A model generated the notes under the pieces. The model saw nothing but the letters and a program-made list of their open reading frames with translations. It was not told the DNA's origin and did not search any database. A stretch of 64,000 nt of DNA from Octopus sinensis (taxonomy: Eukaryota): contig NC_043015.1 of the NCBI RefSeq assembly GCF_006345805.1, forward strand, positions 35,092,001-35,156,000, given 5' to 3'. Shown piece by piece: positions 1-12,800 of this stretch; the first letter of the stretch is position 1, and each line of letters opens with the position of its first letter. Made by a program: the position numbers and the translations under genes.

Positions 1-214
1 ATTGTTTTCAGTAAGGTTTTGAGATAATTCCTATTTTTCTCTTTTAACCATACATCTTTAAATACTTCCATGGATTTCTTGCTACTTTCACTCACAAGAT
101 GCCACCAAGAGCAACTGTGATTTTCATCATTCAGGGTTGAGAACTAAGAACTGATTCAATCAAATATACTCCACTTGAATATGTGGATTAGCCTAATACT
201 TAACTAGAAATATC

Positions 215-720
215 AAATGGAAATTGTAGTTATGATACCTGTGCCAGCGGCATGTAAAAAGCACCGTCCGAACGTGGCCGATGCCAGCGCCGCCTTGACT
301 AGCTTCCGTGCCGGTGGCACATGACCTGCTGTGCTTGAGGAGACCTATTGAGTCAAGTACATTAACATCAAAATAAAAATCAAATGGAAATTGTAGTTAT
401 GATACCTGTGCTGGTGGCATGTAAAAAGCACCATCCGAACATGGCCAATGCCAGCGCCACCTTGACTGGCTTCTGTGCTAGTGGGACGTAAAATGCACCA
501 ACCGATCGTGGCCGCTGCCAGCCTCGCCTGGCACCTGTGCCGGTGGCACGTAAAAAGCACCCACTACATTCATGGAGTGGTTGGCGTTAGGAAGGGCATC
601 CAGCTGTAGAAACACTGCCAGATCGGACTGGAGCCTGGTGCAGCCTCCTGGCTTCCCAGACTCCAGTCAAACCATCCAACACGTGCTAGCATGGAAAACG
701 GACGTTAAACGATGATGATG
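215..720 (+). mobile_element. SINE-like element sharing the RTE 3' end ((GAT)n tail), with internal imperfect tandem units
   Basis: Ends catggaaaacggacgttaaacgatgatgatg, matching the RTE terminus at ~29650-29695; homologous copies at 5620-6105, 22370-22900, 41505-42261, 61120-61387. Confidence 0.8.
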
Positions 721-899
721 AAATTACTATTATTTTGTTGCTTCATAAAATTGGTATTGTGCTTGCTTGAATTATGCTCCCTATCAAACCATCACTCATC
801 TATGATGACGATTATTCTGTACCTTCTGTATAAAAGTCTTTTTTTCTGCTTTTTGTACCTGTTCTTGCTTTGTATAAAAGACTTCCTGAATAATTCTTG

Positions 900-1900
900 C
901 TGAATCCATGTTTTCTGCACTGCACCTACTCCTTTGTTCCACAACAATTGTTTTGTTAACATTTCTGATCTAGTCCTGTTCCAGATTCCTTACTCTACAT
1001 CAGAATAATACTGTTTTTCCTCATCTTTCTTTATACTTTGGTGTCAAAAGGGCATTTCATATCAATTACAACACATAGTTCCTTCTTGCCAATACCTACA
1101 ACATCTGGCCTGTTCTGTTCTTTTCCTTTGCTTTCTAAAGACTATTATTTTTGCACTCATTTCTGTGCATGCAAAACTGAAATTCTTGGCAAAATTCTAG
1201 TGAATTATCGCAGCAATCTTATCATGCCCATGCTTTTTGTATTCATCTTCTCAAACTGTATACGTTCTAATACAATGTGAACAATTGTCTCTTCTGACTC
1301 ATTACACCTTCTGCATTTGGGAGAGCAGTCTAGTTAATCGGTCAGCTTTTGGGTCAGTTTAATCATAGGAAATATACCTGTGCTTGTTTTGTTTTGTATA
1401 ATTGGCAGAGAAGAGTGTAATTACAAACAAGATAGGAGAGAGGCTGTTACCTTGAAAGATTCTGCTAATCTTTCCCTTCTGATGTTAAGCTCTTACTCTC
1501 TTCAATTTTGTATTGCATTCACTATTAGGCACCAAACGCTTTTCAAGATTTTGAACAATTCTAGATTGCTTGATCCACAAGTGTGCAGCTAAGTCATATA
1601 TGTTTCCATAATCCATGAGATGCATAAATTTGCCCATCTCTTCCAGCAATTCCTCAACACCAATTATTAACTGCCTTTCCCCCAACCATTTTTTCTATTT
1701 TTCTCTTTTTTTGACAGACTTCCTCTTCATCAGACATGACATTTTACTCATATAGTTGTTGGCATACCTCTTCAGCAGCTGAAGTAGAAATATACCGCTT
1801 ATGCAATTATTATTATTTTCATTATTAAGGTGACAAATTAGCAAAATTTTTAGCATGCTGGAAAACATGTTTAGAGGTATTTCATCCACCTCTATTTTCT
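900..1900 (-). mobile_element. Decayed RLE-type (R4/Dong-like) non-LTR retrotransposon fragment
   Basis: Minus strand RPDVVGIGKKELCVVIDMKCPFDTK resembles the PD-(D/E)xK restriction-like endonuclease; boundaries approximate. Confidence 0.55.
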
Positions 1901-2490
1901 GAGTTCAAATTCTGTCATGGTCAACTTTGTCTTTCATCCTTTTGGGGGTCATTAAAATAAGTACAAGTCAAGCATTATCGACTTTCCCACTTCCTCAAAA
2001 TTTCAGGCCTTGTGCCTATGGTAGAAAGGATTATTATTATTATTATTATTATTATTCTGTTTGACTTTTGCTTTACATTTGTACAAGTTGGCTCCAAGTC
2101 TCACCCACAGACCTCAAGTGACAAGTTGGTGCCTAGGGTGCCATATATTCGGTTTTGTATTTAGTGTTGTACAAGTGAATGTCTAAAAAAAACCATAAGA
2201 AAATTATGTTTGTTTTAAAACTTGAGATTACATAGAAAGTATTTTGCGTAGGATATGAGCAGTTCCCATGAGCACTATCTTTTGAATTTCTGCTATTTTT
2301 GGGTTTCCTGGCATCTGAGTTAGGTAGCAAGCAGCCCCTTTTGCTATCATTCCCAGGGCATCTATGACAACAGGTATTGTTTTAGTCTTCAGGCTCCACA
2401 TTTTGCTGATTTCTATTTCAAGATCTTTATATTTGCTCAGTTTTTGGTAGGTCTTGACAGATATGTTTATATCGATTGGGACAGTCTATT

Positions 2491-2521
<31 letters not shown>

Positions 2522-2724
2522 TTAGTTTTCTTTGCCTTTCAATTTTGTTTCCATTTCTTGCTGAGTATCTTCCCGACACCCAGGGCAATGGAACTCACCA
2601 TATACATTGGTAGGCCATTAAGATAAACACATTAGATTGTTCATTTACAAAGTCAAGTTATGTGAATGAAAAAAGAAAATAAAAATAAAGAAGGAAAATT
2701 TTTTACATGGGTTGTAATTGTTCT

Positions 2725-3200
2725 CACAGCAACACTGTTCTTCCCAGTACATGTGATGTACCTGTTAAAACAATCTTTTGCACTTCTTGTATAGATGGTA
2801 AGTCAATGATTATCATCATATAATTTTCAGTTCCTTTTTTGAAAATTTTAAGTGCTCCTGCAATTACTGGTATTGTAACCATCTTCAGATGCCACATTTT
2901 TTCAATTTCAATGAGCAAATTTTTATATTTTTTAGCTTGTCAAATTCTTTCGTCGAGACATTGTGATCACAAGGTATGCTCATGTCAATAAACAAACTTT
3001 ATTGCTTTGGTCTTTCACAACAATATCCAGTTTATTAGCTTTTATGGTTCTGTCTGTGTGTACTGGGAAGTTCTTAAGAATTGTTACAATTTCTCCCTTA
3101 AGGTGTTACTTATACCATTTGTCAACAGTTTTGAATTTTTAATGCCGACATATTAACCAGTGTTGGCCAACTCTGTCATGTCTGGATTTATACTCCACTG
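2725..3200 (-). mobile_element. 3' end of RLE-type (R4/Dong-like) non-LTR element
   Basis: HTDRTIKANKLDIVVKDQ...DMSIPCDHNVSTKEFDK...IEIEKMWHLKMVTIPVIAGAL. Confidence 0.75.
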
Positions 3201-3329
3201 GTGCTAAAACTTTTCATTCAGAGATTAAGTGGTCTTTTGTTTCAATCTCATCATTGCAGAATTGGTACTTTGACTCTACTACATTTTTCATCACATTGGC
3301 TTGGTAGTTCAAGGTCAATAAACTCTGAT

Positions 3330-4400
3330 CTTGAGCAGCTGAGATGAACCCGTCACTCTTTGCCTTTAGCCTTGAACCTCCATCTCATTCAGTCCATCAA
3401 AAAGAGGTTGGGTAAGGAGTCTGACATGGGTTGGACCCTGACCAACTTAGATCAATAGAAAGCTTTCGATGGGGTCAACTACCAATACTTGGTGGTCATC
3501 CACACAGCAGCTGGTTTCATGGCATTCTTCTGCAATTGGCTCACTGCAATGGACAGTGGCATTCAGTGATAAAGTGAACAGTCACCAACTGAAAGCACTC
3601 AGCCTATCAAGGTTGTCCCTTCTCACTTTTCCCTCGTGCACTGACTCTTGAACCATGAGCAGGGTGGCCTATCTCACCCAGAAATGGACCCAGAGAATGC
3701 TATTCCGGAGAGATTGGTCAGTGGTAGTGAATGCCTATACTGCATGCATCATCTGTTGCTGCCTAACAGTTGTGCCTTGCTCTAGTTTATGACTTACTGA
3801 ACAGGAGCATCTGCTCTCCCACTTTTTGTGGAAGGAACATGTTACCCTACTAGCCAGGTACTCCATTTGCTGTCATAGCCACTAAGTGAAGGACTGGGCA
3901 TAGCGTGGCTGATGATGTGCAAGCATGCATGGAGGTTGTGACAGCTCCAGAAATTCCTTGACAGTAAACAACAGGTGTGCTCACTGTTTGCTAAATGTGC
4001 TTTTTCACTCTTCATCTCTTTGAGAAAGCAGAAGTCCTAAGTCAAACAACATGGTGGGTTGAAGTTCAATATTGTTATTCTATGGAAGGTAAATATGATG
4101 GTATGCTCAGGAAATCTCTGGATATAAATGAAAATCGATTGGCTCATCTCATCTGGAGAACTGTGGGACCAGCATGCAGAAATAATTTCCAGAAATCTCT
4201 GGCCCAGCAGTGCTACTAGAGAACATTGTTGGTTTGAGATGAAAAGGCTCAGAAATGCCATCAGCAGAGCCTGTCCAAGATGTGTGCTAAACAACAAACC
4301 TATTCTGCATGCACTCACTCAGTACCTGAGCATCACTGGTCTGTGGTTTTATGTAAGAAAGGAGAGGTTGTCTTTTGTCTGCTGGCTTTCACAAATTTGA
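3330..4400 (+). mobile_element. Decayed L1/Tx1-clade reverse transcriptase fragment
   Basis: NLDQ*KAFDGVNYQYLVVIHTAAGF and later HFLWKEHVTLL-like segments, multiple stops. Confidence 0.6.
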
Positions 4401-4562
4401 CATTAATGGGTACCGAAATATTTTGACTGAAGCCTTATTGGTTCTATCAAAGGATAATTCTTGGTTGACTTTGATTTGTTAAATGAGTTTACATTTAAAT
4501 ACCAGCTTTTCTTCTCCCTTTCAGATTCATTCAACAAAAGCTATTAAACAAATTCAACTTAC

Positions 4563-4658
4563 AAAAGGGATCCCCTTTTCGATCCATTGTTTGATAAACT
4601 TCACTCGTGTGATTAAGTCTTCCACCCAGCTCGATAAGGGTTTCAATGAAGGGTATGC
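4563..4658 (-). CDS. DNAH1: DNAH1 exon 25: [32 protein letters not shown]
   Basis: cag/gtaagt, 96 nt; the following exon (expected VFWISGFFFPQ) was not found in 1-4562. Confidence 0.93.
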
Positions 4659-6799
4659 CTGTAAAGAAAAGGTCTAAAGATTAGTTAGTTAAAAACACAG
4701 GGTCATTTTTTTGTTTAAATTAAATTTAAATGTATTTTAGTTGGTTAATTTAATATTACTGTATTTCTAAACTTGAAACACAAAGCCAAGAAACAATATC
4801 GATCAACTACATTAATACTATTATGGCTAAAGCTTTTAAAAAGAAAGCAACTTGTAAACTGAATAAAGAGCTTATATTTTGATAGGGAGATATACTTTAT
4901 CTCAGCATACAGTGAAATTCTTTCAATTAAATCTTTCAAATGGGAATATCCACCATAAAAAGATTCAAAGTACATTTTTATATAATTAAGGTTCAAGACA
5001 TATGTGCATGCATATATATACACACGTTATTATTATTATTCATGCCAGGCGGAATGTTTAGGGGCACTTTTGGTGTCGATAGAATAAGTACCAGTTGAAC
5101 ACTGGGGTCAATGTAATCAACTCATCCCCTCCCTCCAAATTGCTGCTCTTTTGCCAAAATTTGAAACCATTATTATTATTATTATTATTATCATTAGTAG
5201 TAGTAGTAGTAGTATAAATGTAGCAATCATGAAAAAATTCAACATTTCATGCTCAAACACAGCGCTTATGGAATAAACTTCGAAAGTAGGAGATCAATGT
5301 TAAAAAATTTTTAATTTGGCAATGAAGATTTTATCAATTATATCAGCTTTCCTATGTTATAAAATGCAGCAACAATACCCTACAACCATCACTTTATTCA
5401 GAAGATGAAACCGCAAGAATTTTGAAGTGTTAATCAACCAAATAAAGATTAATAAGGAAATATGAACAATCTTTCACAAAAAGTTTGAACTCAAATACAA
5501 GTTTAAAAGAAGTGTTGCTTCCCCATTTAGCAAACTACTTAATACTATGGTCAATTACATGCAAAACACAGCCCCTGTTTGTATACATAGTCTTATCAAG
5601 GGGGTACCTTCTGCTTATCATCATCATCATCATCATTTAACATCCGCTTTCCATGCTAGCATGGGTTGGATGATTTTGACTGAGGGCTGGCGAACCAGAT
5701 GGCTGCACCAGACTCCAATCTTGATCTGGTAGTGTTTCTACAGCTGGATGCCCTTCCTAACGCCAACCACTCTGAGAGTGTAGTGGGTGCTTTTTATGTG
5801 CCACCAGCACGGGGCCAGCCAGGCGGTACTGCCAATGACCTCACTCGAATCTTTTTACACATGCCACCGGCACAGGTGTCAGTAAGGTGATGTTGGTAAC
5901 GAGCACGCTTGAATGGTGTCCTTTTACGTGCCACCGGCACGGAAGCCAGTTGGCTGCTCTGGCAACAATCACGCTCTGATGGTGCTCTTGGCACCCTACT
6001 AGCATGGGCACAAGTGCCAGTAAGGCGACGCTGGTAACGATCACACTTGAATGGTGCCCTTTTATGTGCCACTGGCATGGAAGCTGGTTAGCCGCTCTGT
6101 CAACGCTCCCTAGTTTTTCTACAACCTTAATTCTGACTTCAGAATCACTAAAGGCTTTCAGTGTAATATCTACAAGCATTACCCCTTGAAACTTGTCTGT
6201 GTCGTACCATGTGTTTATCCCATTCGTTGTCTTATTAATACCCTGTCACCTACGCCATAGTTTACCAAGGAATCTTACATGAGTCCCATTAGTATCCATA
6301 CAGATATATCTTCTGTTTGCTTGGCCTCCCTTGTACTCCCTGATTGATTGTCTTTTTGGTTCCAGCCTGAGCACTGCATGTGGTGCAAAACGTCCGGTAC
6401 ATGTTTCCTTACTTAACAAGGTTTGCAAAAGGGGGATATGTTAATTATTATCCCAAATCTGCAATGAGTATATTTATTTTAACATTGTGTGATATTGCTG
6501 AATTCCTGTGGACTACATAACTAGAGGCCACAAATTTCACGGAATAACAAACGAAGAGCTGAACTTTGTTCTTTATTGTCTCAAGCCAAAGTTCAGTATC
6601 AAGGACAAGGAGCCAATTATTAGGATGCATTGTTGGGTAGTCTATCCAATGGACAGACAAACAGACAGACAGAATAAAAGCCAATGAATGGGCAGAGTCA
6701 TGAGAGTGTCAGACAGAATTCCCAGCAGTATTCATTCTGGCTCTTTGCTCTCTTGACTTCAATGACCATCGGAGTTAGGGTTAGGGTTTTTTGGGCTTT

Positions 6800-6837
<38 letters not shown>

Positions 6838-9800
6838 TTCTTTTCCTACATGTGTCTCTTTTTCGTGGAAAACTATCTAGAAAGGGATGGGTTTCACTAG
6901 GCTTAAACATGTTAATAATATTTATAAGCATGAAAATGCTCCAATAACTCCAGCTGGAGTTATGGTACCATGGTATGTATTAGACACACAAGGCAGCGAG
7001 CTGGCAGAAACGTTAGCACACCAGGCGAAATACTTAGCCATATTTCGTCTGCTGTTATGTTCTGAGTTCAAATTCCGCTGAGGTCGACTTTGCCTTTCAT
7101 CCTTTTGGGGTCAATAAATTAAGTACCAGTTACATGCTGGGGTTGATATAATCAACTTAATCCGTTTGTCTGTCCTTGTTTGTCCTCTCTGTGTTTAGCC
7201 CCTTGTGGGTAGTAAAGAAATAGGTATGTATTAGACACACACACACACACATGTGTATGTATGTGTTGAGACTGTTTACATTTAAGCTGGTCTTGCTTTC
7301 AACATCATTATTTTTCGCATTCTGTTCCTCACTTTCCTCTACAATGTCTTGCTTTTAGTTGCCTTATTTCACAACCATTACAGAACAAAGCACACTTGTA
7401 AAAAGGGCTGCGATCTGTGAACAGTTTTGAGTAGGAGGCAGAAAGAGAAGCAACAATACACTGAATTCGTAAAGCAGAATAAAATGCAATGTCAAACAAA
7501 CTACATGATGGCCAGCATACCACGTCCAACACCACTATTATGCAGTTTTGCTGCAATTTTTCTGTTTGAAAATATAACCTTTATTCAGTTATCTTAAAAC
7601 CATGTTTCTGCTCTCATTTGACTAACAGTTGTCATAGTAACCACTTCTCTCTCATTGTCTTTCATTACAGCATTTCATAGCAAGGATATTGTCTTGCATG
7701 CTTCACTTCATTTGAGCAGTCACTCAATGATGACCAGCCACACATTGCTCCTCCATAAGACCCCTACTGAGCAGGAAACCTTCACTTTGGGTTCTAACTT
7801 CATTTACTCTTTACTCTTTACTTACTTGTTTCAGTCATTTGACTGCGGCCATGCTGAAGCACCGCCTTTAATCGAGCAACTCGACCCCGGCACTTATTCT
7901 TTGTAAGCCCAGTACTTATTCTATCGGTCTCTTTTTGCCGAACCGCTAAGTGACGGGGACATAAACACACCAGCATCGGTTGTCAAGCAATGCTAGGGGG
8001 ACAAACACGGACACACAAACACACACACATACATATATATATACATATATACGACGGGCTTCTTTCAGTTTCCGTCTACCAAATCCACTCACAAGGCTTT
8101 GGTCGGCCCGAGGCTATAGTAGAAGACACTTGCCCAAGGTGCCATGCAGTGGGACTGAACCCGGAACCATGTGGTTGGTAAACAAGCTACTTACCACACA
8201 GCCACTCCTGCGCCTTTAAGCAATTATTTGAACCATTGTTATATTCCATTTATTCATAAGAAATTAATATTTCGTTTTTGGATTTGGTTTGCAAGATTCT
8301 TTATATGAGTTTGTGTGTTGAAGTATATTCTGTTGTGTCTGGGGAGAGTCATTTTCTTTTTGTGCCTTATGATGTAACACACTCACAGGTAAAATTTCCA
8401 CTTTTTGTTATTTTTATTTTCCTAAAATTTTCGTTGCATCTTGCAACCTTTTCAATAGTTTTACCGGTGAGTGTGTTATATTATAAGGCACAAAAAGAAA
8501 ATGACTCCCCCCAGACACAACAGAATAAGAAATTAATGTTTTTGAGGTTGTACAACAACCAATAACTGTTTATTGAGACACCATCTCTAGAAAGACTGAA
8601 GGTTTATCAAAGAGTGAAGGGATACTTTTGCTCCTGAACATCAGGCTGGTACTGCTTAGCCACAGGGTTATTTCCCACTTTGCTGGAGAATGTAACAAAG
8701 TGTCACCTGTTCACAACCAGTGAACTGAGGAAATCTTCTTTCCTCCTTTACATTCCTCTCTCACATTTTCTTACCTTCTTCTTTTCCTTCTATTTTATTC
8801 TCCTATAATAATTCGACTGCACTTATTCGTTTACTAGTGTATATGAGGGTTAGTATCTTTGTTGTATTTTTGCCAATACTGCTGATAATGTAAGCTGGTT
8901 GCATTGTGTTTCATAATAGGATGAACAGATCAAGGAAATTAAAAATGGTAGCTTTCGGAAACACTTGTACTTAATATAAAGCATAAAATACCAGCTATGT
9001 TTTTTCACATTTCTTTCCTATTCTATCCACAGGCACCACACACAAGCCTAATTGGAGCCATGAAGGTTGTTGTCAAACCACATCAAGCATTTGGCATGAA
9101 TGTGAAACTTATCTATCCCACCCAAACGTTTTGCTAATATATCATACTTTGTGGCACACCTCTTTAACCCATCAAGGGTTTTTCAACACAGTTTATTGCA
9201 GAGAAAAAAATTCCCACTTGGCACAAAAAGGTGTAAAAACAGCAATAGTCAGCTCAGAGCATCCCCACTCCAGTAGACTAATAGATGCAAGTATTTTGAA
9301 CTCTTAGTTTTTATATGTATATGTATGAATGTATATATGTGTGGGTATGTGTGTGTGTGTGCATGTGAGTGTGTGTGTGTGTGTAAGGTGGTGAGTTGGC
9401 AGAATCATTAGCACGCTGGACAAAATGCCATTACGTTCTGAGTTAAAATTCTGCTGAGGTCAACTTTGCCTTTCATCCTTTCGGGGTCGATTAAATAAGT
9501 ACCTGTTATGCACTGGTGTCGATGTAATCAATTTAATCCCTTTGTCTGTTCTTGTTTGTCCCCTCTATGTTTAGCCCGCTGAGGGCAATAAAGAAATATA
9601 TATATGTGTGTGTGTGTATATATATATACACACACACAATGTTAGAAGTGATGTACATATATACATGTACATATATATATGCATGTATGTATATATGTGT
9701 GTGTATCTGTGGGGTGTGTGTGTGTGGTGATCTTTGCTACAAATGTAAACGTTTTCACCAATAAACTTGCACTCCATTATTAGAGGCTCCACAGAAGCTA

Positions 9801-12800
9801 AAAGGTGATGTGCAAGCACTCAGTTCAGGGTGCAGAGCATCTTATTGCAAAAACTGCCGGTAGGAAAGAAAATACGTTTACGATTCAAGGGAGAGAACTT
9901 TTGTTTGAGCTGCTTCCTCATTACGTGTAAAAGAGTTGTGTCCCATGAAGCTAATATCTGAAACCTATTGATACAACTGTATTCAAAGTTATTTTTATGA
10001 CAGTTGAATTCCTAAGAAACTTTTCAATAACACCCATCCGTCTATATTTCTTTAATTTACTGTAGATGTCAAAGATGATCCCATTTCAAAACATTTTGGA
10101 CATATGCTTTTGCAATGTTTTGCACGAGAAAGCGAGGTTTTAAAAAATGTTGTTGATGAGAACAGAGAATTAAGAAAAGAAATTATGTTATTAGAAATGG
10201 TCAGTGGTAAGAGAGATGAAGGGATATCAGAAATGCGTAAGCTTGGAGATGAATGGCAGCTAGCAGCATAGAAGTGGCTGGTAATGTTAGTTGATGGGGG
10301 AGAGCACAATTGATGGCTAAGCAAGATGATGGTAGAAAGAGAATGATAAATATCAATAAAAAAGTGATGTACAGAAAAGAGAATGATAGAAAGGGAATGA
10401 TGCAAACTGCAGTTTATTGTGGAGAACTCATCAAGTCCATTTTGCACCTCTGCTCCACACTATTCTTTGTGTAAGAAAAAAAAGGTTTTGTAGATGCGGA
10501 GAGAAAGCGACGGTGAGATGTGTTCTGTCAAACTGCAGGTGAGCACTAGACTGGTATACGTAGTCTCACAATCAAGTCCTCGGTGTCATAAGCACAGCAC
10601 ATAAGGAGAAGATCGAGGGATATAATAGGGGAGAGTACCCAAAAGTGGAAAAGCATGGAAAAAATACTTCCAGAAGGAGGTAGGCCAGGCCTTCAAATAA
10701 AATATACGAGATAGCTGAAAGATGGAAGGGATACTCGGAACTGGCCACGGATTTGGAAAAACTTATTATTTCAAACTCATAAAAACAACAAAAAGACCGG
10801 ACTTAATCATATGGAACACAGAACAGAGAATTGGAATTTTGCTGGATCTGACAGTGTCATGGGAAGAGAACATGACTAATGCAGAGCAATGGAAGGAGAA
10901 GAGGCATGAGAAATTAATTGAAGGGTGTGAAGAACAGGAATGGACTGTCGAATATTATCACCCGGCAGTGGGGGCTAGGGGCTTCACTGAAAGGAAAATG
11001 ACAACATTATTTAAAAGAAGGTTTGCATTTTCAGGCTCAGAGCTGAGAAAAGTAATAAAGAGGATACAGGAGGCAGTCGAAAAAAACCAGTTTCTATATA
11101 TGGCTGGAGTGAGAAGACCAAAAATGGCTCAAAAGCCATAACGTGCTGACTGGGAGATAGTGTCGCTAGGTGAGGCTGGCTGACATTTAAGCAGCATCAA
11201 TGATTGACAGGTGGGCCAAGGTAGTAGTCTTGTTTATGGTGCCCCCTCCACCTGGTTCGAAGGCTTGTACCACTAAACAGCTGGTCGGCTCTGGCTGCTG
11301 GAACTAAAACTAACACAACACTGTTGGAAGGCAGATTTAGAAAGGGCACGGGCTAAAACTACACGCCTTTCCCTTCCATTGGTCAGTCGAAGCTTAGACA
11401 GTGTCACGTGACAGTTAGCTGGTCCTGGCTGCTGGAGCCTACTGGCAAGTATTTAAAGGAAAATTTGGCAGGATGGTCATTCACCTGCTGACATTTGTTG
11501 ACACTGCATTGAAGAGGCCAAAGAACAAAAGAAAAAAGGAGAATGAAGAAATGCACTCAACACTAGAGCTGAAGACACCTGAAAGGAGAATCCCACCATG
11601 TCGAAAACGGTAGAGGAGTAGGGGCTGAAACTAGATGTGGTTCCTCCTGATGATGACTTTAGCCACTGGATCCTATAAAGGAGCTGTTGGGGTAGTGAAC
11701 CATGAAACATGGTTGGAATTCCTTCATGTATTTGTTTTGCAAAATTTCTGATGTGAAATTGTGTGTTGAAACAGATATTGTTATAAATGGAGATGGTATG
11801 TTTTTCTGTTTTTAGTCCATTCTGAAGAGAAAATGAGCTAAACAGGGGAATGAAGGGTTGCTGAAGAGGTCATAGGATGTGTAACAAAAGATTTCCAGAC
11901 AAAGGACATAAAATAAGAACAATAATAAGGGTGAAGCGAAGAAGGAATACATATTCTGTGTGTTTATTTGGCAAAAAGAAAAAAAAAATACTGGTCTTTT
12001 TTTTTTTCCTTTTTTCAGAGCATCAACTTGAAACTGTCTCTCATGAATTTGTGAGTGTGGTGGAAGAATGAGAGAGGGGGAGGACCGAGGGAGAGACAGG
12101 AGAGAGCAGTGGAGGGAGTTTTAAAACTATCTTGCAAAGCAAGGGTTGTGTGTAAGATGCCAGGAGTGGAGGAAAACTTGATAGGGGCTGGTTGACAAAA
12201 TGGAAAGGAAGTGAAGTGAGGGAGAGAGATGGGGGAGAAAGGTGGAGAGAGGAGGAAGAGGGGTATAAGTTAAGGAGAGAGGGGGAATAGGGTGTCCTGT
12301 TTGGTTGAATGGAGAAAAAGTGGGGAGTACAAAGTGGAAGAGGAAGAAGAGGGGGAGGAGCTGTCATCAACATCACCACCACCACCACCACCATCATCAT
12401 CATCCTCCTCATCATTACCACTACCACCACCACCACCATCATCATCCTCCTCCTCCTCATCATTACCACTACCACCACCACCATCATCATCATCATTCAT
12501 CTGTTCATTCTATTCTGATTTAGAAATAATATCTTACCTTCAAGTCCCACATTGCCGGAATTTTGTTGTTGAAAAGGCTGTTTGATAAGGCTTCCAGTTG
12601 CTGAGACATAACAACCAAACCTTTCAGGGCTTTCAGTAAATCCTGAAGACTTTTATGACAAACTGCAAGAAGCCTGTTATATCTAAAAGACCATTCAAAA
12701 ACACATTCTATATTAAGAATTGAGTCTGGGTTGATGAAGATGAAGCATATATAAGAAAGTGATGTATGGTTGTAAGGCCTGACGTTAAAGATTGTAGAAA

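Noticed and set aside
4483-4677. Plus-strand ORF with a good acceptor at 4524 overlapping DNAH1 exon 25
   Set aside because: Explained as the antisense shadow of a real exon; no convincing donor.
6100-6700. Non-repetitive-looking stretch with open frames (e.g. [30 protein letters not shown])
   Set aside because: No start codon or convincing splice pair and no recognisable family; kept only as a possible upstream part of the nested gene.
6775-6787. TTAGGG telomere-like dimers (also ~26056-26068)
   Set aside because: Only about two units; expected by chance.
12041-12585. Poly-His/Thr/Asp/Met ORFs (also 47035-47488, 14510-14853, 33620-34212, 52860-53512)
   Set aside because: Microsatellite translations with no codon-level evidence of coding.
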